This document shows positions 17,531 through 25,985 of a DNA stretch of 64,000 bases, one piece after another; within the stretch, counting starts at the first letter, position 1; each line of letters starts with the position of its first letter. Location: IMG/VR virus record IMGVR_UViG_3300021255_002251. The stretch is one strand, 5' to 3'. The DNA comes from a virus (lineage: Duplodnaviria; Heunggongvirae; Uroviricota; Caudoviricetes). The notes beneath the pieces are model-generated. The model saw only the letters and a program-made list of their open reading frames with translations. It was not told where the DNA came from and did no database searches. The position numbers were made by a program, and so were the translations under genes.

Positions 17531-20320
17531 CTAGGCACTCGCCTTGTCTGTCACTATCCAGTTACCAAGATACCCATACCCTCCATATCCAACCTCTACA
17601 TGCAGGCTTGGACAATCTTCGAACACATTAGCCTTTAGTGCAAGAAGTCCGTCTGGTAATATGGCCGATTGCAAGTTGATATTCTTGGCAAATGCTCTGT
17701 TCCCAATCGTCTCCATCCATAATGGCATTGCATCGCTTCCAGTTCCTCCTATCGTCACCAATCCGCAAGCATAGAAAGTATAGTCTCCTATGGATATGCA
17801 TTGATTCTCGCTTGGGTTAGCAAACCTCACCGAAGTCAATGCCGTGCATCCAGAGAATGCAGAAGCACGAATCTCTCCTACAGATGCAGGTATCGTCACG
17901 GTTGTGAGCGCCGTGCAGTTGGAGAACATCGACTTTGATATGTATGGCAATTCATTATTCAAAGTGAGAGTCCCTAATGTCCCTTCATTCTCTCCACCCA
18001 AGTTGCCGCCCAATCCTGTGCATCCGTTAAATGCATAGTCTCCTATAGTTGTCAGTTTTGGCACTGTCAATGACTTCATCGACGGAAGGTTCGAGAATGA
18101 AGCCCTTCCTATCTCGGCTAAAGTACCACCCGAAATCCCGACATCAGCCAAAGCCCCGCAGGCTGAAAATGATTCCTCTCCTATCTTCGTTATCACTGTT
18201 CCGCTTAGGTCTATAGTTGTCAAACTCGAGCATCCGACATATGCAAAAGGCTTAATCTCAGTCGCAGCAACTTCCTCATAAGTGGTCTCCTTCTTTTCCT
18301 TGCCATTTTCTATGACAGTAGTTTCGTGCGAGACCCTTGTCTTCAGATTAGAACTGTTCAAGGCGGTTATCGGGTTAGCACTATCGCCAACATATAGGCT
18401 TGCGCCATTGGACAAAGGATTGCACGACGAGAACCCGAAATCCACCGAGTTCCAGTGTGCGAGCGTGTCTATTCTAACCTCTTCCAGTTTCTCGCAATCC
18501 TCAAAAGCTCCCCTGTTCGTTCCTTCGTCGGTTCCGATGTCCGATAGTTTCTTGCCGAATTTCACTGATTCAAGGCTCTGGCAGTTCAGAAATGCTCCCT
18601 GCCTGATAGAAGAGACGGAATCTGGCAGGTCTAATGTCGTTATTGCTGCTCCCTCAAAAGCCCTTGCTCCTATCGTCGAGAGAGAAGGAACTTTCCCATC
18701 TTCCTCCTCAAAGTCTAGCGATGCTAGATTTATGCAGTTCGAGAAAGCCCGCCCACCTATCGAGCGCAAGCTATTAGGCAACACAATCCCCTTTACACCC
18801 TCTACTCCCTCAAAGAGCTTGCTTCCTACGGCAACTACCGGCAGCCTGACGGGTATTGGATTCCCCGAAGAATCCAGTTTGGGATTGCCTTCGGAATCAA
18901 GTTCATACTCTGCCATTTCCATGTATGCCGGAATCTTCACGATGCCGCCAGGCGAATATACGGCATCCCAATCGACAACCTTTAGCAGTCTTACCTCATT
19001 CTTGTCCGTCACCTCATAGGTGTATACTCCACTGGACGTCACCCACTTCGCATAGAGCGTAGCATCCCCCATGACGGTTATCCTAGTGATGCCGTCTACT
19101 GTCTTCGGATTAGAGTATTCGCCATCTGCATAATCGGCATACCATCCTCCAAAGTTGTAGAACTTCCTCTCCGGGGTGTAGTAGTCTTCCACAACTATCT
19201 CATATCCGAACGGCGCCTGTAGGACATAATCCTTGTCTCCGTCATAACACAGGTCTAGAGTTATGTTGCACATCTTGGTCTTGGCATACACGTTGATATG
19301 CCCGCCTACTGCCTCTACTATGTCTTCTTCTCCTATCGGTCTGGTCAAAGCATAGTCGTAGTACCAGCCGAGAATCGTCCCCGCTCCATATTGACTGTCT
19401 ACGGCTGCGGTTGCCTCCTGCAGCACTCCCTTATACGGAGCGCCGAACTTGACGGTCCAGCCTTTCGAATATATATCACCAACTTCGGTAGTCACTACTA
19501 CAGGCTTGCCGCTATAATCCCCAGGCAACTGGTTGATTATCTTCTCATCGTAACTGCTATCTTCATCCGTCAAAGTGAACACTATTCGTCTGTCGCTTCC
19601 GCAGAACGGCTCTTCACCTATCTTTGTCTCTAGGAAGTTTACGGTATTGGGAAAATCCACTCCCCTTAGTTTCGGCAATCCGCCGAAGCATAGCCCTTCG
19701 AGCCTTTCCACTCCATGAGAAATATCTACCAATGTCACGTTGTAGCATCCGAAGAATGCTCCATACGATACTTCCTTCAAGGTTTCCGGAATGGAGATTG
19801 TGCTCAATTTGTAGCAGTCAGAGAAAGCGAACCTGCCTATCTTCATCAAGGTGGAAGGGAGTCCCACGGACTCCAATCGCTTGCAGTACGAGAATGCCCC
19901 ATCGCCTATCTCTGTCGTGCCGTCCGCGAATTCTATGCTACCGCTTGTGCCGTTTGTCCCTAGAATCACCTTTGTTTTTGTATTGTCATAGAGCAGCCCA
20001 TTTACAGACCTAAATCGCCCTGTATCTCCATCGTAGGCGATCTCTCGTAGTGGATTGTTTCCCGCAAAAGCATATGGGCCAATCTTCTCGAGATTGGTTT
20101 TCACTACCAGTTTCCTTAATGTCTGGTTGTAGTAGAAAGCCTTGTCTCTTATTTCTCGGCATGTCTGCGGCAATGTAAGGACTTCAATCGGGATTTCCGA
20201 AGTGAATACGAATGCACCTATCGCCTGAATGTTCTCTATTTCGGGTATAGTTACCTCAGTCTCCCCTTCGGCAAGAGAGATTCCCACAAGGACATTGTTC
20301 GATACAGTATAGGTTGCCAT
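17531..20320 (-). CDS. Large BspA-type LRR protein with an InlB B-repeat/Flg_new-like domain
   Basis: Many IgxxAFxxCxxLxxvxlP repeats; TPERKFYNFGGWY....DATLYAKW is a B-repeat-like module; no N-terminal signal peptide. Confidence 0.9.
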   Translation of the reverse strand: MATYTVSNNVLVGISLAEGETEVTIPEIENIQAIGAFVFTSEIPIEVLTLPQTCREIRDKAFYYNQTLRKLVVKTNLEKIGPYAFAGNNPLREIAYDGDTGRFRSVNGLLYDNTKTKVILGTNGTSGSIEFADGTTEIGDGAFSYCKRLESVGLPSTLMKIGRFAFSDCYKLSTISIPETLKEVSYGAFFGCYNVTLVDISHGVERLEGLCFGGLPKLRGVDFPNTVNFLETKIGEEPFCGSDRRIVFTLTDEDSSYDEKIINQLPGDYSGKPVVVTTEVGDIYSKGWTVKFGAPYKGVLQEATAAVDSQYGAGTILGWYYDYALTRPIGEEDIVEAVGGHINVYAKTKMCNITLDLCYDGDKDYVLQAPFGYEIVVEDYYTPERKFYNFGGWYADYADGEYSNPKTVDGITRITVMGDATLYAKWVTSSGVYTYEVTDKNEVRLLKVVDWDAVYSPGGIVKIPAYMEMAEYELDSEGNPKLDSSGNPIPVRLPVVAVGSKLFEGVEGVKGIVLPNSLRSIGGRAFSNCINLASLDFEEEDGKVPSLSTIGARAFEGAAITTLDLPDSVSSIRQGAFLNCQSLESVKFGKKLSDIGTDEGTNRGAFEDCEKLEEVRIDTLAHWNSVDFGFSSCNPLSNGASLYVGDSANPITALNSSNLKTRVSHETTVIENGKEKKETTYEEVAATEIKPFAYVGCSSLTTIDLSGTVITKIGEESFSACGALADVGISGGTLAEIGRASFSNLPSMKSLTVPKLTTIGDYAFNGCTGLGGNLGGENEGTLGTLTLNNELPYISKSMFSNCTALTTVTIPASVGEIRASAFSGCTALTSVRFANPSENQCISIGDYTFYACGLVTIGGTGSDAMPLWMETIGNRAFAKNINLQSAILPDGLLALKANVFEDCPSLHVEVGYGGYGYLGNWIVTDKASA

Positions 20321-20326
20321 CGTTCT

Positions 20327-20947
20327 CTAATCTCGGAAGCACTCCCTTATGTCGTCTCCTTGCGCCATCACCCCTACCGCTATGTGGTTGGCGAGGAATG
20401 CCTGCAGCTCTATCCCATACGGAGTCTGATTGAGCCAGAACTCATAGGCATCCTTGCTCTGCGGCAACGTCTTAGAATACGACACCGAACCTATGCTTGC
20501 GCTCGTCACAATGCCCGTCCCCGGAAGGGTTGTCATCATACCTCCCGCCGCTCCGCCCGCTGCCAAGGCCGGCTGATCCATCGCCGCCTGGTTCTGCTTC
20601 GCCGTTATCATTATGTGCGCCGTCAGCAGCCCCCTCGCATACTCCCTGTCCTCCCCGTCCAGATAGTCGCACTGCGACCATATCGGTATGTAGAACCTAG
20701 CCCTCTTCGCGCTCGCCTCCACCAATGCCCTAGGCCATTTCGTATCGTCCGCAAACTCAGAGAACCATGCCTTGAACTTATCCACGTCTACCGGATCGTC
20801 CCTGTACCTCGACACCTTCCTAGGAGGCCTAGTCTCGAACTGTCTCCAAGGCGGCCCCCAGAAAGACTGGTCGAAATATAAGTTAGACATCTGGTCAGGC
20901 GCAAAGATAGGCCCCGCTTCGTCTGGAAATGGATAGTCTGATTCCAT
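20327..20947 (-). CDS. Head-tail adaptor (DUF4054-like)
   Basis: DKFKAWFSEFAD....LLTAHI....GIVTSASIGSVSYS....FWLNQTPYGIEL. Confidence 0.85.
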   Translation of the reverse strand: MESDYPFPDEAGPIFAPDQMSNLYFDQSFWGPPWRQFETRPPRKVSRYRDDPVDVDKFKAWFSEFADDTKWPRALVEASAKRARFYIPIWSQCDYLDGEDREYARGLLTAHIMITAKQNQAAMDQPALAAGGAAGGMMTTLPGTGIVTSASIGSVSYSKTLPQSKDAYEFWLNQTPYGIELQAFLANHIAVGVMAQGDDIRECFRD

Positions 20948-21000
20948 GGTTAATCTCGCCTACTGGTTGTTCGTCCTTCTCTTCCCAAAATGCCCAAGCA

Positions 21001-21044
21001 ACAAACAAATGGAAGGGGCTTCCCTCATCGGGAAACCCCATTCC
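21001..21044 (-). terminator. Probable intrinsic terminator
   Basis: Minus strand ggaa-t-ggggtttccc-gatga-gggaagcccc-ttcc followed by atttgtttgt. Confidence 0.5.
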
Positions 21045-21089
21045 AACAGACTCGAAATCCGAACAACCGCTTCTTGTGCTTTGATGCGG

Positions 21090-21521
21090 TTAGTACGAAT
21101 CCGACACGAACCCTACGCCGCGATGCCCACGGATACGGTCTCCCTCTCCGCAGGTGGCCTGGCACGATCCCGACCCCGGAACGCGAGGGTCTGTCCCCTG
21201 CGAATACTCGTAGTCGTTCAACTGGCGGGAGTTGTCTCCCTTCGCCATGTCCTTGGTGTTGAGTTCGCTCTCCTGCATGACCCTCATGAACCCTCTCGCA
21301 ACGTGCCGCTGGAAAGCAGCACTCTTCTTGAGAAGTTCCAAGTCTGCATCGGAAACCTCCGTCACCGCCCCTGTCGGTGTGATGAGCGTCGCGGGATTGA
21401 CTACGTTCGCCCTTCCCTTGATTACGATTTCCTTGAGTTTCCTCGGCGTGCCCGTACCTCCCGCATAAATCGGATAGGTCATGTCGGCAGATGCCGTGGA
21501 ATGAATGTAGTTTTTAGCCAT
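21090..21521 (-). CDS. Conserved virion-module protein downstream of the capsid gene
   Basis: YIHSTASADMTY...IVIKGRANV...TPTGAVTEVSDADLELLK..AFQRHVARGF; such a gene usually follows the capsid in this group. Confidence 0.65.
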   Translation of the reverse strand: MAKNYIHSTASADMTYPIYAGGTGTPRKLKEIVIKGRANVVNPATLITPTGAVTEVSDADLELLKKSAAFQRHVARGFMRVMQESELNTKDMAKGDNSRQLNDYEYSQGTDPRVPGSGSCQATCGEGDRIRGHRGVGFVSDSY

Positions 21522-21655
21522 TTTAGTGGTTCCTTCTGTTCGCAGTTAGCACTAATTTTTTGTCTGTTGGCAACCCACTCGGGTCGCTACACTATGCCAT
21601 ATCGGTCAAGGGAACCTTACTATCATACTAAAAAAATGGTGAACATGAAACCATT

Positions 21656-21691
21656 AAAAACGAAAGCCCACCTCCTTTCGGAGGTAGGCTT
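21656..21691 (-). terminator. Intrinsic terminator after the major capsid gene
   Basis: Minus strand agcctacctcc-gaaa-ggaggtgggct followed by ttcgttttt. Confidence 0.8.
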
Positions 21692-21717
21692 CCTTTGCCG
21701 TTTTGTCGGCTCTCCGA

Positions 21718-22812
21718 TTAAATACCGAAGAATCGGACAATACCGAGCGGCTGCTCCACAAACGTACCTGCCGTAGCATCCGAGTAGAGCTCGTAGAGGC
21801 CGCTTGCGCGAGGCACCGAACCCACGAGACGAACCGCCGCAGGAACGATCTGCTCCGCAACTGGGGAGCCAGCGAGCTCGTCCAGCTTGAGGTACATAAT
21901 GTTGTCGCCTGCGAGGGCATTGTCGAACTCGGGGATAACCACGAGGTCTGCCTTTGGCCAAGTGTCCGAGATGTACTTGCGGACGCTGATGCCGTAGGAG
22001 TTGACCTGGTTGAGGAACTGGTCGCAACCGAGGGCGATGCCGATTTTGAAGGCATGCTTGGACGGAATGAAGTTGCCAGCGCACTGCTTCTGGAGTTCGG
22101 CAACGGCCGTGTTGAGGTCGGTGACAATCTCATAGAAGTTCTTCTTCGACCACTCAGTCTCTCCAGCGCTGTTCTCTGGAACGGCGATGTAGGGATTGAG
22201 GTTGGGGTCGTTCAAGATACCGTAGGTCTTGTTGTACCCCAGGTTGTAGCCGAAGAAGGCAACCGCATTGGTGTTGAGCTTGAAGGCGAGGCCGAGTGCC
22301 GCGCGGTCGCTCTCGTATGCGGAGGACTTCTGACCGATGGCCGCAAGACGAGCCTCTTCCAAAGCACCCGTGAGGATACCCTGTGCGAAGCGTACGATGG
22401 TGCGGTCTTCCTGGTTGTAGTTGTACCGAGCGAGCGGTGCCTGAGCGTGGTCTCCGTAAGGACGAACCGCACCCGTGAGCTCACGCAGACGGAGGACGAC
22501 GCTTTCCTGATACCACTCTCCGTAGGTGGAGCGGCCGAGGAATTCATCGGCAGTCGTTGCCTGCGTCACAACCGTGATAATTTTGTTCATCCAGTGCTGG
22601 AGGAACTGCACGGGGACTTGGGCCGTTGGGTTGGTTACGCCTTGTGTAGGCATCGCATCCATGACGTACTTGACGCCGCTGGACTTGTCGTTGAACGATA
22701 CGCCCATCAGCGCAAGATTCTCCATCGTGCGCAGGTTCTCAGGGGCCTCGTCGAGGGCGAAGCCCTCTACCTTGACCTTGGGCATACGGAATTTGCATTC
22801 TGTGAAAGCCAT
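21718..22812 (-). CDS. Major capsid protein (DUF2184-like)
   Basis: VMDAM...PVQFLQHW...YGDHAQAP..YNY..EDRTIVRF..G....LEEAR...AFFGYN...TYGILNDPNL; high-expression codon bias. Confidence 0.9.
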   Translation of the reverse strand: MAFTECKFRMPKVKVEGFALDEAPENLRTMENLALMGVSFNDKSSGVKYVMDAMPTQGVTNPTAQVPVQFLQHWMNKIITVVTQATTADEFLGRSTYGEWYQESVVLRLRELTGAVRPYGDHAQAPLARYNYNQEDRTIVRFAQGILTGALEEARLAAIGQKSSAYESDRAALGLAFKLNTNAVAFFGYNLGYNKTYGILNDPNLNPYIAVPENSAGETEWSKKNFYEIVTDLNTAVAELQKQCAGNFIPSKHAFKIGIALGCDQFLNQVNSYGISVRKYISDTWPKADLVVIPEFDNALAGDNIMYLKLDELAGSPVAEQIVPAAVRLVGSVPRASGLYELYSDATAGTFVEQPLGIVRFFGI

Positions 22813-22840
22813 TGTTTAATTCTCCTTCCTGTTGTAAGGT

Positions 22841-23353
22841 TTAGCCGTTGGCGGTGGAATCGTCAGGGCCGTAGGCCTTCATCCCGTTCACCTCCACAAC
22901 GAGAAGGTCGGCATCCTCGGTAGCACCCTTCTGCTGCCAAATGACTGCCGCATTCATCTTTGCGAGAATGGTGGCGAGGTTCTTGTACTGAATCCACACG
23001 TGGCCGGCGGTCATGCAGGACACGACCGTGCCAGCGGGAAGCACGAGCGACGGAGCGAGCGCTGCGCCCTGGCCAACGCCAGTTCCGTAGAGCGCATACT
23101 CAGGCGCATTGACGATTACGCCCTGGCCTTCGACGAACGAGCCGATTTCGGCCGCATCAGCGAGGGTCGTGGTGTGGACGACTGGGCCATAGGCCACGTC
23201 GTAGATTTGACCGGGAGTACCGCCGATGAGCGCTGCCGCCCCCGCCGAATACTTCTTGGTCTCGTATACGGGATTTCCATCCGCATCAACGCCCGTCTGA
23301 ACCTTAACAGTTCCTTCGAACGTCCGCCTCAGGATTTCTTTCTGAAGTCCCAT
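22841..23353 (-). CDS. Head decoration / cement protein
   Basis: 170 aa between protease and capsid; MGLQK...GVIVNAPEYALYG...MTAGHVWI pattern. Confidence 0.6.
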   Translation of the reverse strand: MGLQKEILRRTFEGTVKVQTGVDADGNPVYETKKYSAGAAALIGGTPGQIYDVAYGPVVHTTTLADAAEIGSFVEGQGVIVNAPEYALYGTGVGQGAALAPSLVLPAGTVVSCMTAGHVWIQYKNLATILAKMNAAVIWQQKGATEDADLLVVEVNGMKAYGPDDSTANG

Positions 23354-23393
23354 AGTTCTTACTCCTTTGGGTTGTTTTTTCTGTTGGTTAACA

Positions 23394-25301
23394 TTAGTTG
23401 CCGAGGAACTTTAGAAGGTCCTTGGAGGAAGCCTTCGGCTGTTCAGTCTTCGGCGCCTCGTCCTGCACGATGACGGGTGCGGAAGGAATCTTGTCCTCGA
23501 ACACCTCTCCATTCGGAGCGGCATCCATGGCCACCGCTGCGGCATATCCGCGCACGGCTGTGAGTACCTTCTCATCGTCCGCCTCATCCATTACGAAGGC
23601 GAGATTGTCGATGTGCTTGGCCGCAAAGCGGGCAACGTCGATTACTCTCATAGGAGCTGAATCGAATGTTGCCTTGATGCGAGGACGGAGCTTGCTTGCG
23701 AGAGCCTGCGCCTCGGTGTATTCCGCGATGAAAGCGGCATACTCGTCCTGCGCGACCTTGGACTTGCCAGGAGGCTGGTTGTCATGCTCGGCCTTGACGT
23801 CGGCCTCGATGCGCTTCTCCGCCTTGTCCTCGGTGCCCTTGGATTCAATAGCCTCTGCGATTGCCTCGCCCGGCTTCGGCTCTTCAACCTTCTCCGCAAC
23901 GATTGCAACCTTCTCTGGCTCCTTGCCGTCCTTGGCCGCCTTGTCCTCTGTGTCCTTCTCCTTCGGCTCCTTCTTCTCCTCGGTTCCGCCCTGCAGGGCT
24001 GCAACCGGGGTAGGAATGGAAGGATCGGTCACGCCAGTTCCGCAGTCCTTCGCAGCCTTGTCTCCGCAAGCCTTGTCTTCAGTTTCCTTCTTGCACGTGC
24101 AAGGGTCGCATCCGCACTTGTCGCAGACATGGACTTCGGTCTTGGGGGCCTTGTCCTGTGCATCCTGCCCATCGGCGGGGTTCTCTCCGTTAGCCGGAGA
24201 CTTCACCTCGGTAGGAGCAGGTTCCTTCGCTTCTGGAGCAGGGGTAGGTGCAGGAGCGGAAGCGGCGGAACTCTCCGGTGCGGGGGATTCGGCTGGCTTC
24301 TCTTCTGGCTTCGGAAGTTCGGGAGGGGTAGGAGCATCGGCATCGTCCTTCGTGGCCTTGGGGGCCTTGTCGGTCGCATCCTTCTCTCCATCCTTCTTCT
24401 CGCACTTGCCGGCCTTGCAGCGCTCAAGGGCTTCCTTGCGCACTTCCGGAGGGAAGTCCGCGAAGTCTAGGCAGTCTTGAGCCAACTGCTCGTCACCACC
24501 CTTAATGGCGGAAGCAAGGGCCTTGGCTCTATCGAGCTCCTTGGTCTCTTCTTTCTTTGTGTCTTCCATTGTTGGGTATCCTTCGGGTAATGAGTCGAAC
24601 GTCACGACCGCTTGGTCATACACACAGACGCTCGACCCACAACGCCCATGTTTTACGAGGGCAAGATGATTGCCCCGCAAATTTGTCTGCTTGAACATGT
24701 AGGGGACGCCCTCATATTCGCCGTCCTCCTGCTCATAGATGCAGGTGTAGCCGAGGGAGAGTTCCCTAATCTTGCCGTCCTTGAGAATGTCCTTCATTCG
24801 GTCGGTGTAGATGCAGAAGTCCGCGATGAGGTAGCCCGGCTCGTCAAGGGACGGACGGACATTGTAGATGCATCCGTCGTTCGGATTCTTGTCGGCGGAA
24901 TTGAGCTTCTTGTCCTTTTCGTCCTTGCTGTTCTTCTTTTCGTCGCCAATCATCAGGTGACCGACACGAATCGGAAGACCGTTGAAAGAATCAATCGCCT
25001 CTGGGTCGAAGAGCGCATCTGGGCCGCGGAGGACAGGGTATAGCTTGTTAGGCTCCAGCCCGAACTGCATCTCATATTCTGGAATCGGGTCGCCGTCCGC
25101 ATCCTTCTCGATTGCTCCGCTCTTCGTGCGCTTCCAGATTATCTCCCCAAGAGCATCCCTCTTGATGATGGGCTTGCCAGTAATAGGATTCTTCTTGGGC
25201 TGGTCAATCTGCTCGCCAGTGTACGGAAAGACACCTACGCGGGAGATAGGGTTTGCCCTCTGTCTCCTGTATCCGAACTTGTCTATGTAGCTATGCGCCA
25301 T
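23394..25301 (-). CDS. Prohead protease-scaffold (DUF2213-like)
   Basis: NPISRVGVFPYTG...R.PDALFDPEAIDSFNGLPI...H...RELSLGY.C.Y.....Y...Q.NLRGNHLALVKHGRCGSSV, followed by an acidic scaffold tail. Confidence 0.92.
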   Translation of the reverse strand: MAHSYIDKFGYRRQRANPISRVGVFPYTGEQIDQPKKNPITGKPIIKRDALGEIIWKRTKSGAIEKDADGDPIPEYEMQFGLEPNKLYPVLRGPDALFDPEAIDSFNGLPIRVGHLMIGDEKKNSKDEKDKKLNSADKNPNDGCIYNVRPSLDEPGYLIADFCIYTDRMKDILKDGKIRELSLGYTCIYEQEDGEYEGVPYMFKQTNLRGNHLALVKHGRCGSSVCVYDQAVVTFDSLPEGYPTMEDTKKEETKELDRAKALASAIKGGDEQLAQDCLDFADFPPEVRKEALERCKAGKCEKKDGEKDATDKAPKATKDDADAPTPPELPKPEEKPAESPAPESSAASAPAPTPAPEAKEPAPTEVKSPANGENPADGQDAQDKAPKTEVHVCDKCGCDPCTCKKETEDKACGDKAAKDCGTGVTDPSIPTPVAALQGGTEEKKEPKEKDTEDKAAKDGKEPEKVAIVAEKVEEPKPGEAIAEAIESKGTEDKAEKRIEADVKAEHDNQPPGKSKVAQDEYAAFIAEYTEAQALASKLRPRIKATFDSAPMRVIDVARFAAKHIDNLAFVMDEADDEKVLTAVRGYAAAVAMDAAPNGEVFEDKIPSAPVIVQDEAPKTEQPKASSKDLLKFLGN

Positions 25302-25356
25302 TTCCGTTGAAGCTCCAGCATGTCATTTTTGGCTAATCAATGCCAACTGGGAAAAA

Positions 25357-25983
25357 CTATGCTTGCTCCACTTCCTCTTTTGAGGGGCCTTTCACTATGT
25401 ATTTTGTGGCTTTTTCGTCCATATCCACAAGGCATCCTTTCGCCTTTGCGAGTTCCACCATCTTCTCTATTCCGCCCTCTATGACTTCAGCAACAATCTT
25501 TGCATCTGTGTTAGGCTCATCAGCAGGTGCTTCATCCTGCGTGGTCTTCTCATCCTGTGCGGTAGAAGCAGCCTCGCCATTCGGAGAAGCTTCCTCCTCC
25601 ACGGCTTCAGGGTCTGCTATCGCTGGCTTTGCAAGGTTCTTGGAGACTTGGAATAGCTGCGTTAGGACGGCGGCTAACCGATTGTAGGCATCCTGCTTCG
25701 TCACCTTTATCTCATTGGGTGTAATGTCGTCCGCTTCGTCAACGGCTTTCTCGAACGGGCAGTTGCCTGGTTTAGCCCTGCAATGCTTGCGATGCTCGAG
25801 TAATTCTTCGCCCGACAATATGTGGTCTTTGTTGGAGAACTCCGCTATCTGCTTGGCGGATTCCTCTTCCCCATGAGGTGCTTCCGCCTGTTGCTGGCGG
25901 GCTTCTGCTGCTGCTGCATCCGCTATAGCATCGTCCTGTGCGGACTTGCTATACATCTGGTTCTGGTAGTCGAAGAAGTTCAT
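25357..25983 (-). CDS. Acidic hypothetical protein, putative head-internal
   Basis: 208 aa; carries the His/Cys motif LLEHRKHCRAKPGNCPFE shared with the two giant proteins. Confidence 0.6.
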   Translation of the reverse strand: MNFFDYQNQMYSKSAQDDAIADAAAAEARQQQAEAPHGEEESAKQIAEFSNKDHILSGEELLEHRKHCRAKPGNCPFEKAVDEADDITPNEIKVTKQDAYNRLAAVLTQLFQVSKNLAKPAIADPEAVEEEASPNGEAASTAQDEKTTQDEAPADEPNTDAKIVAEVIEGGIEKMVELAKAKGCLVDMDEKATKYIVKGPSKEEVEQA

Positions 25984-25985
25984 TA

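Noticed and set aside
20948-21717. tRNA or structured ncRNA in the larger intergenic gaps
   Set aside because: Only terminator-type hairpins were found; no cloverleaf or T-loop/CCA pattern, and no riboswitch I can recognise.
21623-22133. Alternative-frame minus-strand ORFs over the capsid 3' end
   Set aside because: Ser/Arg-rich frame artefacts that run through the terminator; there is no slippery site supporting a capsid extension.
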